This document shows, piece after piece, positions 41,976 to 42,633 of a stretch of 42,633 nt of DNA. The number at the start of each line of letters is the position of its first letter. Position 1 is the first letter of the stretch. The position numbers and the translations under genes were made by a program. Source of the stretch: an uncultured Pseudomonadota bacterium (GTDB lineage Bacteria; Myxococcota_A; UBA9042; CAIXZC01); NCBI GenBank assembly GCA_937876385.1, contig CALFHQ010000853.1, positions 1-42,633 of the forward strand. The letters run 5' to 3'. The notes under the pieces are model-generated. The model saw nothing but the letters and a program-made list of their open reading frames with translations. It did no database searches and was not told where the DNA came from.

Positions 41976-42633
41976 ATGAACCCCGATTTCGGATTGGAGT
42001 CTCTGGAAGCAGCCCAAGAAAAGTACCCCGAGAAGTTCGTACCGCAGGAGACCTTCTTTCGAAACATTCGCCGTGGTGCCCGGATTTTTGTCGGGACTGC
42101 CTGTGGAGAGCCGCAGTTTCTTGTCAACGAGCTCATTCAATACGTGGAGAATCACCCAAACGCCTTCTACGACGCCGAAGTTCTCCACGTCTGGTCGTTG
42201 GGAGTGGCGCCCTACACTGACGAGAAGTTCCGCCACAACTTCCGGCACAACTCGTTCTTCATTGGGAACAACACCCGGGCCGAAGTGAATCGTGGAAACG
42301 CCGATTACACTCCCATCTTCCTGTCCCAGGTTCCTCGTGTGTTCAGGCGGGGTACGAGTCCCATCGACATTGCCCTGATTCAGACCTCCCTTCCAGATCG
42401 CCACGGCAACTTGAGCCTTGGGGTGAGCGTGGACATTGTTAAGGCCGCCGTGGAGGTTGCCCGCATCGTCATTGTCCAGTTGAATCGGTTCATGCCCAGG
42501 GTTCACGGCCATGGTTTTATCCACATGGACGAGGTGGATTTTGCCCTGCACCACGACGAACCGTTGCTGGAGTACCAGACTGAAGTGGCCGATGACGTCG
42601 CCAAAGGGGTTGGCCAGAACGTGGCGCGCATCA
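41976..42633 (+). CDS. Acetyl-CoA hydrolase/CoA-transferase family protein (4-hydroxybutyrate/acetate CoA-transferase-like). It is 3'-partial and runs off the window.
   Basis: This gene is not in the ORF track because it has no stop. My own translation from ATG 41976 (GGAG 8 nt upstream) gives 'MNPDFGLESLEAAQEKYPEKFV...ARIFVGTACGEPQFLVNELIQYV...NSFFIGNNTRAEVNRGNADYTPIFLSQVP...'. It stays open for 219 codons to the window end. The N-terminal motifs are typical of the family. Confidence 0.75.
   Translation, partial: MNPDFGLESLEAAQEKYPEKFVPQETFFRNIRRGARIFVGTACGEPQFLVNELIQYVENHPNAFYDAEVLHVWSLGVAPYTDEKFRHNFRHNSFFIGNNTRAEVNRGNADYTPIFLSQVPRVFRRGTSPIDIALIQTSLPDRHGNLSLGVSVDIVKAAVEVARIVIVQLNRFMPRVHGHGFIHMDEVDFALHHDEPLLEYQTEVADDVAKGVGQNVARI

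Overview
This is a GC-rich, densely coded chromosomal segment with about 30 genes. I recognised no rRNA, tRNA, CRISPR array, IS element or prophage. Housekeeping genes (rpoD, ald, folC, cspA-type csp, grpE, der, a cmk-era fusion, a KH-domain protein, a PolX/PHP protein, comF) are interspersed with envelope and lipoprotein enzymes and with signalling genes. The enzymes include a membrane sulfatase-like protein, a lipase lipoprotein coupled to FadL, a GH13 amylase lipoprotein and a six-hairpin glycosidase-like lipoprotein. The signalling genes include a hybrid histidine kinase with an HD-GYP response regulator, a PAS sigma54 activator, an ECF sigma/anti-sigma pair and a Ser/Thr kinase with PEGA repeats. 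The gene content (PEGA kinase, MopE-like Cys/Asp motif, many lipoproteins, sigma54 activators) suggests a Myxococcota/Bradymonadia-like or other deltaproteobacterial-type organism, but this is a low-confidence inference. I found no recognisable defence or mobile system. The best candidates for undescribed biology are: (1) a self-contained sigma54 regulon of a Cys-rich PAS activator, a NifX-like protein, a DUF5320-like protein and a ferredoxin, with a near-consensus -24/-12 promoter; (2) a direct Cmk-Era fusion translationally coupled to der; (3) a 1080-aa membrane-anchored orphan protein flanked by a perfect 3x21-bp tandem repeat and a G-tract-rich region; (4) a triplicated-module lipase lipoprotein overlapping fadL by ATGA; (5) a PolX-like protein whose polymerase catalytic Asp positions appear lost while the PHP domain is intact; (6) a sensor kinase split by a 1-nt frameshift in a C6 run. 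Starts were re-picked from Shine-Dalgarno context where the ORF track over-extends. All domain calls rest on motif recognition by eye, not on searches.
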